A stretch of 64,000 nt of DNA from Candidatus Alcium sp. F082 (GCA_001543395.1 LPNG01000001.1:87760-151759); one strand, 5' to 3'. Counted from the stretch's first letter, positions 8,286-16,076 are shown. Notes: generated by a model from the sequence alone, not told the origin. Numbers and translations are program-made.

Positions 8286-8714
8286 TTAGCTTTGATGTTT
8301 CAAATAATAACCGATAGGCGCGCCGGTGCTCAAATGTGCCTCATACATTTCAAGCCACAGACGGCACTTGATATAAACTTTATATAGGGAAACCCTATTG
8401 GTCCATGAGGAAGTCCCATAATGGCAAATCTGGGTACACCCGTTTTCGCTATTTAATGTATGCATAGAAGAACTCGGGGTGTCGAGTGGGTTGAGATTAC
8501 AATCATATAACATTTTGGTTACAAACACCTTGGGAATATTATCGGGAAACACATCCAATTCAATTTTCAAGGTATAAATATTCCCTCTATTGGTACGGGC
8601 TGCCATTACCAAATAAGGCTTTGCCGTATTCATATCCATGAAACGATAAATGTTTGAAGGTAGTTTCTCCTCCAACACTTTAATTTCAGCTTGATATCTG
8701 CTGTATTTCATCAT
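8286..8714 (-). CDS. UBC-like (E2-like) protein, 142 aa
   Basis: The start ATGATGA overlaps the JAB stop. YTLKIELDVFPDNIPKVFV resembles the E2 hP..hP flap, followed by HTLNSENGCTQICHYG, which resembles the E2 HPN...G.IC active-site region (Cys93/Cys97). Fold assignment is by pattern only. Confidence 0.6.
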   Translation of the reverse strand: MMKYSRYQAEIKVLEEKLPSNIYRFMDMNTAKPYLVMAARTNRGNIYTLKIELDVFPDNIPKVFVTKMLYDCNLNPLDTPSSSMHTLNSENGCTQICHYGTSSWTNRVSLYKVYIKCRLWLEMYEAHLSTGAPIGYYLKHQS

Positions 8715-9616
8715 AATCTATGTAGTTTATAGTATTCAATAAATGATTGTTCGGTTTCTCCTTCAATAGGTTGCCAGCCCAATCCAGATGCACATAAGCC
8801 TTCTGTTTCATAGGTAATCAGAGGAGAACGTTCGGGGAATCCCATTGGGAACAGAATATCAGTTGTTATCGCTTCTTCTTCGTTTTTTACAAGGATATGA
8901 ACAAGGCGGTTTTCATCAAGCGAAACATTGCAATCCATATCATCATGCTGTTCTTGAACAAAATCAAGCATCGTTTTTAGCACCTTGTTATTGCTCTTGT
9001 CGTTCATCCAATAACCTTTGGGGTATTGTTGTTTCACTCCTTGAACGACCATGGATTTGTATTTCATCCCGACCAGCACAGGGGTTTTGGTGTAAGGATG
9101 CCTCAATATCCGTTTCAAACGCCTGTCTATCACTTTTCTGAAAGGGCTTTCCATAGGCAACACTTCCCATTGTGATTCTTGGTAACAAGAAGTGCTTTCA
9201 ACGAAATTAAAGGCATTGATGGTTGATGTCGTGTTGGTGCAGTTACCAATACAAAGCAAGAACCAACGCAAATTATGGCGAAGCATGTTGTCATATATAG
9301 TATGGGCATCGTGGCCACTGGGATAAGCCAAACCCAGCTGATGATGGGAATGCCATTCGCCGATATGTTGCAGTCCAAATTCATGAACGAGGATTTCGCC
9401 CACTGTTTCAAGATAGTCAAGGTCTTGGTTGAAGAAAGTGGGCTGATGGTTGGCGTTGTCGCCAGGGCCAATGGCGTACAACACCACGGGAACACCTGCC
9501 GAAGTCCAATAGCCAAACAGTTGTCCGCCCGTCTCGATATGCGGATAGTCAAGGATGCAGCGCGAAAGATAATCCAATTCGCTTTGATAGACCAGAACAG
9601 TGTCGGCGGGTTTCAT
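8711..9616 (-). CDS. JAB/MPN (JAMM) metallopeptidase with ~150-aa C-terminal extension
   Basis: HIETGGQLFGYW (Glu) and EWHSHHQLGLAYPSGHD (H-x-H-x(7-8)-S-x-x-D JAMM motif). The track start at 9646 is TTG; the ATG at 9616 (MKPADTVLVY...) is preferred. Confidence 0.8.
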   Translation of the reverse strand: MKPADTVLVYQSELDYLSRCILDYPHIETGGQLFGYWTSAGVPVVLYAIGPGDNANHQPTFFNQDLDYLETVGEILVHEFGLQHIGEWHSHHQLGLAYPSGHDAHTIYDNMLRHNLRWFLLCIGNCTNTTSTINAFNFVESTSCYQESQWEVLPMESPFRKVIDRRLKRILRHPYTKTPVLVGMKYKSMVVQGVKQQYPKGYWMNDKSNNKVLKTMLDFVQEQHDDMDCNVSLDENRLVHILVKNEEEAITTDILFPMGFPERSPLITYETEGLCASGLGWQPIEGETEQSFIEYYKLHRL

Positions 9617-9629
9617 GGCATGTATGATT

Positions 9630-9953
9630 TTATCTTTGGTGAGCAATAATGATTTGTCTCATTTCGATGGCTTCCGATTTCAGGAAGCCGTGGATGGAAA
9701 CAAGGTTCCCGAACGCGAAGAACGATATGGTGGAAAAGCCCACAATGGGCGTTTCGATATGCACCAACGAGATACAGTTGTAAGGTATGTAAGTCGATTT
9801 TCCGCTGAAAATGAAAGGGCAACGCACCGTCACGCCGTTGTCATCGAAAATGATGGTCGGCGGGAACAAGGCGTTGCCTTGGGAAATTCGGGATGCGGTG
9901 TAAGTACGGAGCATGATATTCTGGTACTTTTCTTCGAGGTCACCATCTTGCAT
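9630..9953 (-). CDS. Hypothetical 107-aa beta-rich protein (possibly bacterial PH-like)
   Basis: Track ORF. The ATG at 9953 is 1 nt after the Zn-ribbon stop. Alternating hydrophobic strands (TIIFDDNGVTVRCPFIF...ISLVHIETPIVGFSTISFFAFGNLVSIHGF) end in a helix. No GG terminus. Confidence 0.5.
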   Translation of the reverse strand: MQDGDLEEKYQNIMLRTYTASRISQGNALFPPTIIFDDNGVTVRCPFIFSGKSTYIPYNCISLVHIETPIVGFSTISFFAFGNLVSIHGFLKSEAIEMRQIIIAHQR

Positions 9954-9954
9954 T

Positions 9955-10179
9955 CTAAATTAAAATCCATTCATGCGACCCTCCTTTTGAACAATCGGTG
10001 AATTTGGGGCGACCACTACTATGAACTATAATCCCGCATTTATCACAACAATAGGTATCATCGCCCACTTCTGAATTATATTGCCAATCATGTTCCCCTC
10101 CGTTAGGGCATGAAGATTTAGGCGGCATTCCATTAGTTTTTGTAATCGAACTACATTTTGGACAATCAAAGTTTTGCAT
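9955..10179 (-). CDS. Tandem zinc-ribbon protein, 74 aa
   Basis: Two copies of C-x2-C-x(13-14)-C-x-x-G-G-x-H-x-W: CPKC...CPNGGEHDW and CDKC...CSKGGSHEW, giving eight potential Zn ligands. Confidence 0.6.
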   Translation of the reverse strand: MQNFDCPKCSSITKTNGMPPKSSCPNGGEHDWQYNSEVGDDTYCCDKCGIIVHSSGRPKFTDCSKGGSHEWILI

Positions 10180-10224
10180 GGTTCTTTAACCCTAAATTCG
10201 TCATCGGGTGCAACTTCTTATTTC

Positions 10225-10254
10225 TGCCTACTCGTGAGCTTTTCGGCTTCCGCT
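10225..10254 (-). promoter_or_regulatory. Conserved leader motif, copy 1: minus-sense AGCGGAAGCCGAAAAG-N5-GAGTAGGCA
   Basis: Lies in the only long spacer of the operon (10180..10345), 45 nt upstream of the Zn-ribbon ATG. Both half-motifs recur at 15845..15877. Confidence 0.4.
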
Positions 10255-10345
10255 TAAAATTATCCAATCATTACCCCTAAAGATGCTTGGTTTATCCTTT
10301 CCAAAAACAGTACACTTTTTGGGGGTAGTATAATCTTATTTTGAA

Positions 10346-11680
10346 TTATTCTCCTCGTTCAATGGTATCGACTATAACACCAACACACGTTGCCATTGAA
10401 GGATTACAAATACCATCATCACCATTTAAAACGATGTGTTCGTCGGGATAACCTATTCGAACATCCATGCCTGTTTTGAACTCAACAAGTTGCTTTAGGT
10501 GTTTCATCATGGCTCCACCACCAGTTAGGACAATCCCGGCATACAATTGTTCTTCCAACCCCGTTTTAGTTATTTCACTATAAATAAGGTCAATAATTTC
10601 TTCTTCTCGACTTTGGATAATATGGGACAAGTTTTTGAATGATATTTCTCGAGGTCCCAATTTGCCAACGCCCGGTATGGAAACAACTTCATCTTCACTG
10701 TTTTCACTGGCTAAAGCAGAGCCAAAATTTACTTTCACTTCTTCGGCATAACGTTTGATTATTTTGCAGGAGGCACAAATATCCTTTGTAATAATACATC
10801 CGCCAAGAGGAACAGCAGCAACATGTTTGACTTTTTTGTCTTTATAGACAACTATGTCTGTTGTATTTCCACCAATATTAACGAGAACGACACCAACTTC
10901 CATTTCATTTTTATCAAGTACTGAATTGGCTGATGCTATGGGGTCTGGAATAATGAAATCTATCTTCACACCAGCACTCTGGAGGGGTTTCATGATGTTT
11001 TTGGCAGCAGAGGTTTGCCCAATGATGACATGGAAGTTGGCTTCGATTTTGTTACCTAACATGCCAACGGGGTTAGTGGCGAGCTCGCCATCGACATAGG
11101 TGTCTTGACGGATGACGTAAATGATTTCCTCACCAGGTGTCATGTTGATTTTAAAAGTATCGTTGCGCAAACGCTCCAGTTCCGCTTCCGAAATCTCAGT
11201 GTCATGGTGGTCACGCATCAACACGCCTCGATGTCGTATAGACTTAATCCGTTTATTAGAAAAACCGACACTTACATGGGTTATTTCTACTCCAGCTTCT
11301 TGCGAAGCTTGTTTTATAGCTGATTTGACCGCTTCGACAGAATAGCCGACTTCTTGTTCTTCTTCATTTAATGCAATTTGACTGCTCCCTATAACGACAA
11401 TCTTACCATTAGCATTTTTATATCCGATTACACATACAACTTTTGTGGCACCAATATCCAACCCGACAACGACACTTTTATTATCTTGCTTTTTTGCTTC
11501 TTCACCCAAGTTTTCTTCTTCATTTGAAGAATCTCCAAACTTTTCATTATTAGCAGATTCAACATCTATTTTTTTATCGCTATATTGTGTTGGCATTTCA
11601 TCAACACTTCCTGAATTATTTGAAGAATCTCCAAATAATTCGTTATAAGCAGCATCAAAGTCTATATTGATCGTACCCAT
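10346..11680 (-). CDS. FtsA-like actin-fold ATPase paralog with acidic repeat-containing N-terminal extension
   Basis: VVVGLDIGATKVVCVIG (phosphate-1), VLVNIGGNTTDIVVY (phosphate-2) and GIVLTGGGAMMKHL (adenosine motif), collinear with FtsA including the SHS2-type insert. The first ~70 aa carry a duplicated NE[LK]FGDSSN. It ends right after the core, without a C-terminal amphipathic helix. Confidence 0.8.
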   Translation of the reverse strand: MGTINIDFDAAYNELFGDSSNNSGSVDEMPTQYSDKKIDVESANNEKFGDSSNEEENLGEEAKKQDNKSVVVGLDIGATKVVCVIGYKNANGKIVVIGSSQIALNEEEQEVGYSVEAVKSAIKQASQEAGVEITHVSVGFSNKRIKSIRHRGVLMRDHHDTEISEAELERLRNDTFKINMTPGEEIIYVIRQDTYVDGELATNPVGMLGNKIEANFHVIIGQTSAAKNIMKPLQSAGVKIDFIIPDPIASANSVLDKNEMEVGVVLVNIGGNTTDIVVYKDKKVKHVAAVPLGGCIITKDICASCKIIKRYAEEVKVNFGSALASENSEDEVVSIPGVGKLGPREISFKNLSHIIQSREEEIIDLIYSEITKTGLEEQLYAGIVLTGGGAMMKHLKQLVEFKTGMDVRIGYPDEHIVLNGDDGICNPSMATCVGVIVDTIERGE

Positions 11681-11691
11681 ATTACATCTTT

Positions 11692-12012
11692 TTAAAAATC
11701 CAAACCACCACTAAATGTCGCCCCTGAAGCCGTGGTGATGTTTACGTCTGTAGCACCAAGATTTCTTTTGATATATGGGATATCCGTGTCTTCTATATGC
11801 TTTATAAGACTATGGATATAGTCTTTGTCACGAGAATAATTATCGCTTGAATACTTTTGATAAACCTCGTTCGACAATCCATCAATGTGCAATTCCTCTA
11901 CTCGCTTTTTATATCTTTCCATTGTGTCAATTAATTCTTCTTGGAATCCTTCCAAAAAATGTTGCAATTTCTGTAATGCTTCTAATTGTTTTTTTAATGA
12001 TTGCGTTGACAT
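11692..12012 (-). CDS. 106-aa helical-hairpin protein (WXG100-like architecture) with flexible ...SGGLDF C-terminal tail
   Basis: Two predicted long helices are joined by a HIDGLS turn (in place of W-x-G). The tail is GATDVNITTASGATFSGGLDF. It sits between the coiled-coil and FtsA-like genes with 11-12-nt gaps. Confidence 0.5.
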   Translation of the reverse strand: MSTQSLKKQLEALQKLQHFLEGFQEELIDTMERYKKRVEELHIDGLSNEVYQKYSSDNYSRDKDYIHSLIKHIEDTDIPYIKRNLGATDVNITTASGATFSGGLDF

Positions 12013-12024
12013 GTTGTTATGATT

Positions 12025-13089
12025 TTAGTGGGTGAATAAATGTTTTAGTTTGGCAAAAAAACTTCCATGTTTCATTTCATAGATAGTCTTGTCTCTATCT
12101 TTGAGTTGATCTTTTAACCGCGCTATCTCATCTTTCAATTCTTTAACGGCTTGCGACACTTTGGCTTTGAATGTTTCAAATTCTTTACTATAAGTATCGT
12201 TATTGTCAGCTAATTCTTGAATGTGGCGTCCTTGCAACTGCTCCATCTGCGTATGATAATGTTCTTCTTTGTCTGACAACTCCTTGTGGTGTTGCTCTTG
12301 CAACTGCGCAATTTGTTTGCTATGGTTTTCATTAACCAGCGCTATTCTATTTTCGTGTTCTTTCTTAAGCGACTGAAAATCAACAAGTGGAACCTCATCG
12401 GCATATTTCTTGGTCATCTCACTTATCTTGTCGTTCAATTCCTTGATTTTCCCGTTATACTCATTTACAATCTTTTTCCTCTCCGATTCAGCAGTCTTCA
12501 TTAAAGCTTCATGTTTGTCCGCTGCGCTTTCCACCTCTGCTTTATGCTCTGCTCTCTCTCTTGCAATCTGATCACGCAACCCACTAACTTCCTGCATGTG
12601 TTGTTCAACAAGTGTCTTTTCCCTGTCTTCAGCGGCACTCCTAAAGGCATCCATTGCTTCTTTGGCATTTTCAGCAACCTCTTTCATCTCTGATTTCAGG
12701 TCGGATTTTTCCTTTTTTGCCTTGTCTTGCAGCATTTTTATTTTTTCCTCATACTGTTTTTCGCTGCTTTCTTTCTCCATCTTTAGCGCTTCTATTTCTG
12801 TTTCAAATCGCGCAACGAGTTGTTTTTCCTTACTATTTGCAGAAACTATATAGGTTTCCATTTCTTCTTTGGCTTTGGCGCCAGCAGAAGCCATTTCCGC
12901 TTTTAAGTCCATCTTATCCTTTTGGGCTTGCTTGCGAAGCTTCTCAATCTCCAACTTATGTTTGTCTTTCAACTCTGCCAATTGATTCTCATAAGAATCT
13001 CTAATGGCATTTTCTTTTTCAAGAATTTCATTCTTGGTTTCATCATCAACATGATGGAGATAATTAAGATAAAAATTATAGTCTGCCAT
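12025..13089 (-). CDS. Lys/Glu-rich coiled-coil protein, 354 aa, with internal duplication
   Basis: Heptad-rich K/E/Q sequence throughout. LRKQAQKDKMDLKAEMASAGAKAKEEME... is repeated as LQDKAKKEKSDLKSEMKEVAENAKEAMD.... The start is 5 nt after the ATPase stop. Confidence 0.75.
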   Translation of the reverse strand: MADYNFYLNYLHHVDDETKNEILEKENAIRDSYENQLAELKDKHKLEIEKLRKQAQKDKMDLKAEMASAGAKAKEEMETYIVSANSKEKQLVARFETEIEALKMEKESSEKQYEEKIKMLQDKAKKEKSDLKSEMKEVAENAKEAMDAFRSAAEDREKTLVEQHMQEVSGLRDQIARERAEHKAEVESAADKHEALMKTAESERKKIVNEYNGKIKELNDKISEMTKKYADEVPLVDFQSLKKEHENRIALVNENHSKQIAQLQEQHHKELSDKEEHYHTQMEQLQGRHIQELADNNDTYSKEFETFKAKVSQAVKELKDEIARLKDQLKDRDKTIYEMKHGSFFAKLKHLFTH

Positions 13090-13094
13090 AGCCT

Positions 13095-15602
13095 TTATAA
13101 TTTGTATATTTTAATTTTTTCGATTTCCTCTTCCATTTCAGCAGAACGCAGATTGGCTGTGTAACTATTCCTTACTGTCGATTTGTCGGCACCGCCAAAA
13201 ACCTTGTATCCTTCACCACCTTTCAACTCTATGCCGATTCTCCACTCAAAAATGAAGTCTCTACTATCAAATATCCGTTCATAATGTTGCCAAGTATCCA
13301 CGTATGCAATGACATGAATGCCATATTCTGGACCATCGCTCACAATTTCAGTCAGTTTAGAACAAACAGATGTAGTCCTATCACCACGAAGGATTCTCAC
13401 TGGACGGAAATTGTATAGGTTATGAAAAGCCAACACCAATCTTGCATATTTTCCTTTTTGAGTCTTTCTTTTGTTTAACTCTACACATATCTGTTCAATA
13501 CGTTTTTCTATTTCCTCATCATCTGTTTCGACTCTCAAATTAGAATACTTTTTCTGCAATTCTCTATACTTTCCATATAAACCGCTTTCTTCGTTTGTTT
13601 TGTCGCAAACAATAAACCGGCCTTCTTCTGAGGTCTGTTTGACTATTTGCTCCAATGAATGGAAAATGACAGAAGTGGCTGCTTCTTGATCTTGGCCTAT
13701 CATAAGCACATTGTAGCCATTCTCTCTTTGTAGTGAATAATATATATGAGAATCACTCAGGGAGAAAGGCGTTCCAATATATACTTTAATCTTACCATCT
13801 GTTGGTATAAGATTCTGTATAGCAAGATTTGTGCTTATTTCAACAGGTGTTTCCCCATCAAATATATAGCGACTAAAGTCCTCGTTAATATTACTTTCGT
13901 ATTTTAATCGCAATTTTGAGACCATCTCCTTTATCCTTGTCTCATTCAAATAAGCAACTTGATAAATTACATTGTCCTTATAATTACCACCTGGGCAATA
14001 CACAGACTCGCCTTTTTTTGTGAGTGAACGCGGTGCATAATTATTGGGACCAAGAATCTTCGTACATTCATTTTCGGAATTGAGTCTCATTGAAATCCTC
14101 AAACCAAACTCATCCAATGAATGACCGATACTGAGGTCTCCCAAACCCTGCGTGGATAGAATCATGTTGATTCCAAAAGACCGTCCTCTTTTCCCAATAT
14201 CAGATATTCTGCCAGCGAAATACTCCGCTGCGCGATAGCTGCTATCAAACAGTTTTTGGAACTCGTCAATAATAATAACGTATCGAGGTAGTTTTTCTAA
14301 AGCATTCTTATTGTATTCCAACAAATTGGTTGCTCCAAGAGGTTTGTATAATTCTCCTCTACGAGTAATTTCATCATCAAGGTATTTGAAGACATTTTTT
14401 GCAAATTCCAACTCACTTTTTATCGAAAGCACCTTTACATGCGGCAAATCCTTGTAAACATTAAACTCCGTACCTTCCTTGAAATCAAGCAACAAAAACT
14501 GGACTTCTTGAGGAGAATAAAGCCATGCGGTATTACAAATGATGTTATGCAACAATACGGTTTTTCCCGAACCCGTGGAGCCGCCAATCAAACAATGATG
14601 ATATGATTGCCCTCGGCCATCTTCTACACTTAGAACAAAATTTTGAATATCAGTCGCGTTCACCTTTCCAATAGGAACTTCTATTCCATAACTTGCATCA
14701 GAAGTCCACATGTTCTTTCCTGTAAATTTATCGGCAAGGCTGACAGCAACATTTTGCGCCCTTTGGAGATTCTTGTTGATATAATCTTGTATTTCCTCCG
14801 TTTGAGTAGCATCGGGGAATGCAGTATCTAAGTGCAATGCAAACCGTCGAAGCATTTCATCATTAAGGAGGTTCTTGACATAGAATCTTTGGCCTTTTTC
14901 GTAAATCACCGTCATACTATCGAGCAAAGGCATTGGGTTGTACTCGTATTCTTTCCCAACAGTAAAGGAGGTATCAAAACTGATAATTGTAAAAAATCCT
15001 GCCTTTCTACCTGTCTTCACTATTTGCTTTAGCAACTCCCCGGTTTCCTTATCAATTGAATAAGGCACGTCTGTAAGAACGATAATATGATATGGCTTTG
15101 CCAGTTCTCCTGCATTTCCATTATAATCCACAAGCGTCTTATCGGCATATCTAGCACCTAAGATCTTTTGAATAACCATCGGGATGTTATTCTTCACTTT
15201 CAACAACTCTGATTTCAAATCATAAGTATCGGTCAAAATTCGTTCACCAATAATCTTGGAATTCAAATAAGAAAGGTTGATCAGATTGCCTCCTTGTCCC
15301 TTTGCATCGAACAATGTGAATTTGCACAAACCCGGAGGAATTGACAAAGCCAACCGAAGAGCCATCATTTGGATGGTGTTCTTTACGGTTTTTTCATTTT
15401 CTGGCGTAGTCAAAAAGCAAACACCGTTGGTCTGGTCAAGAGGAATCAATGCGGGAATTCTGTTACCTGTCACAGATTCATATTCGCCAATATAAATGCC
15501 TTCCTTGGGAAAAACATCAAAATCCTGCTCAACCAATTCAAAGTCCCTAGAATTGGCCGAGGTCTTGTGAGTTGTTTTATAGTAATCTTCGACGGTAATC
15601 AT
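13095..15602 (-). CDS. Soluble multi-domain FtsK/SpoIIIE-family (EssC/EccC-like) P-loop ATPase, 835 aa
   Basis: The central domain has Walker A CLIGGSTGSGKT and Walker B RYVIIIDEFQ, plus LSTQ. The flanking N- and C-terminal regions look like degenerate copies (FLTTPENEKT...KFTLFDAKG...YHIIVLTDVP; VLMIGQDQEAAT...ARLVLAFHNL). No TM or FHA region. Confidence 0.85.
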   Translation of the reverse strand: MITVEDYYKTTHKTSANSRDFELVEQDFDVFPKEGIYIGEYESVTGNRIPALIPLDQTNGVCFLTTPENEKTVKNTIQMMALRLALSIPPGLCKFTLFDAKGQGGNLINLSYLNSKIIGERILTDTYDLKSELLKVKNNIPMVIQKILGARYADKTLVDYNGNAGELAKPYHIIVLTDVPYSIDKETGELLKQIVKTGRKAGFFTIISFDTSFTVGKEYEYNPMPLLDSMTVIYEKGQRFYVKNLLNDEMLRRFALHLDTAFPDATQTEEIQDYINKNLQRAQNVAVSLADKFTGKNMWTSDASYGIEVPIGKVNATDIQNFVLSVEDGRGQSYHHCLIGGSTGSGKTVLLHNIICNTAWLYSPQEVQFLLLDFKEGTEFNVYKDLPHVKVLSIKSELEFAKNVFKYLDDEITRRGELYKPLGATNLLEYNKNALEKLPRYVIIIDEFQKLFDSSYRAAEYFAGRISDIGKRGRSFGINMILSTQGLGDLSIGHSLDEFGLRISMRLNSENECTKILGPNNYAPRSLTKKGESVYCPGGNYKDNVIYQVAYLNETRIKEMVSKLRLKYESNINEDFSRYIFDGETPVEISTNLAIQNLIPTDGKIKVYIGTPFSLSDSHIYYSLQRENGYNVLMIGQDQEAATSVIFHSLEQIVKQTSEEGRFIVCDKTNEESGLYGKYRELQKKYSNLRVETDDEEIEKRIEQICVELNKRKTQKGKYARLVLAFHNLYNFRPVRILRGDRTTSVCSKLTEIVSDGPEYGIHVIAYVDTWQHYERIFDSRDFIFEWRIGIELKGGEGYKVFGGADKSTVRNSYTANLRSAEMEEEIEKIKIYKL

Positions 15603-15605
15603 TGC

Positions 15606-15821
15606 TTATGGCAAGGTTTTGAGAAACTCTTGGTACATTTCCATGGCACTGCTAAAATTCTGTCTTTCATCCTTCAACAAATCCCTACCGTCAAAAATAT
15701 AACCGACATAAGTTGGATATTGGTCTGCGGAATTTTGGGTCAGTTTTTTATTTTGTACTTTTTCTTTATCTAACCAATCTTTAAACTCATCTCTTTTGTA
15801 ATAATTTGCTTTTCGGCTCAT
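15606..15821 (-). CDS. Hypothetical 71-aa protein, first gene of the operon
   Basis: Track ORF. Its stop is 3 nt before the ATPase ATG. Charged, probably helical; no recognisable motif. Confidence 0.5.
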   Translation of the reverse strand: MSRKANYYKRDEFKDWLDKEKVQNKKLTQNSADQYPTYVGYIFDGRDLLKDERQNFSSAMEMYQEFLKTLP

Positions 15822-15844
15822 AGTATTTACTTGTCTTTAATTAT

Positions 15845-15877
15845 TGCCTACTCTCTCCCAACTTTTCGGCTTCCGCT
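15845..15877 (-). promoter_or_regulatory. Conserved leader motif, copy 2: minus-sense AGCGGAAGCCGAAAAG-N8-GAGTAGGCA
   Basis: 23 nt upstream of the ATG of the first operon gene (15821). Same 16-mer and 9-mer as at 10225..10254. Confidence 0.4.
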
Positions 15878-16076
15878 GTCTTGGAGTAGAGGCAACAAAA
15901 AAAAAGCCCGCACCCCAATCCTATCATGAAGTGAAGGCTCTCGCATGCCCGAAGTAAAGATAAGGAAAGCAGTGCGTGCTTTATGGGCACACAACGCTCA
16001 CACTTCTGCCTTACTTCGTTCAAATTTGCGAGATTCTCACTTTCAGACAGGTGGTATCGCTACCGATTATATGCCG

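Noticed and set aside
6383-15821. Calling the operon a bona fide type VII secretion system
   Set aside because: Only the ATPase architecture and a WXG-like protein point that way. No polytopic membrane components (EssA/EssB/EccD-like), no TM region on the ATPase and no YukD-like domain were seen. The resemblance is kept as an analogy only.
15841-16023. 60-aa minus-strand ORF in the operon leader
   Set aside because: Its C-terminus (TAEAEKLGESRQ*) is just the translation of the conserved leader motif. At the second motif copy the same frame is closed by a stop immediately upstream, so the conservation is nucleotide-level.
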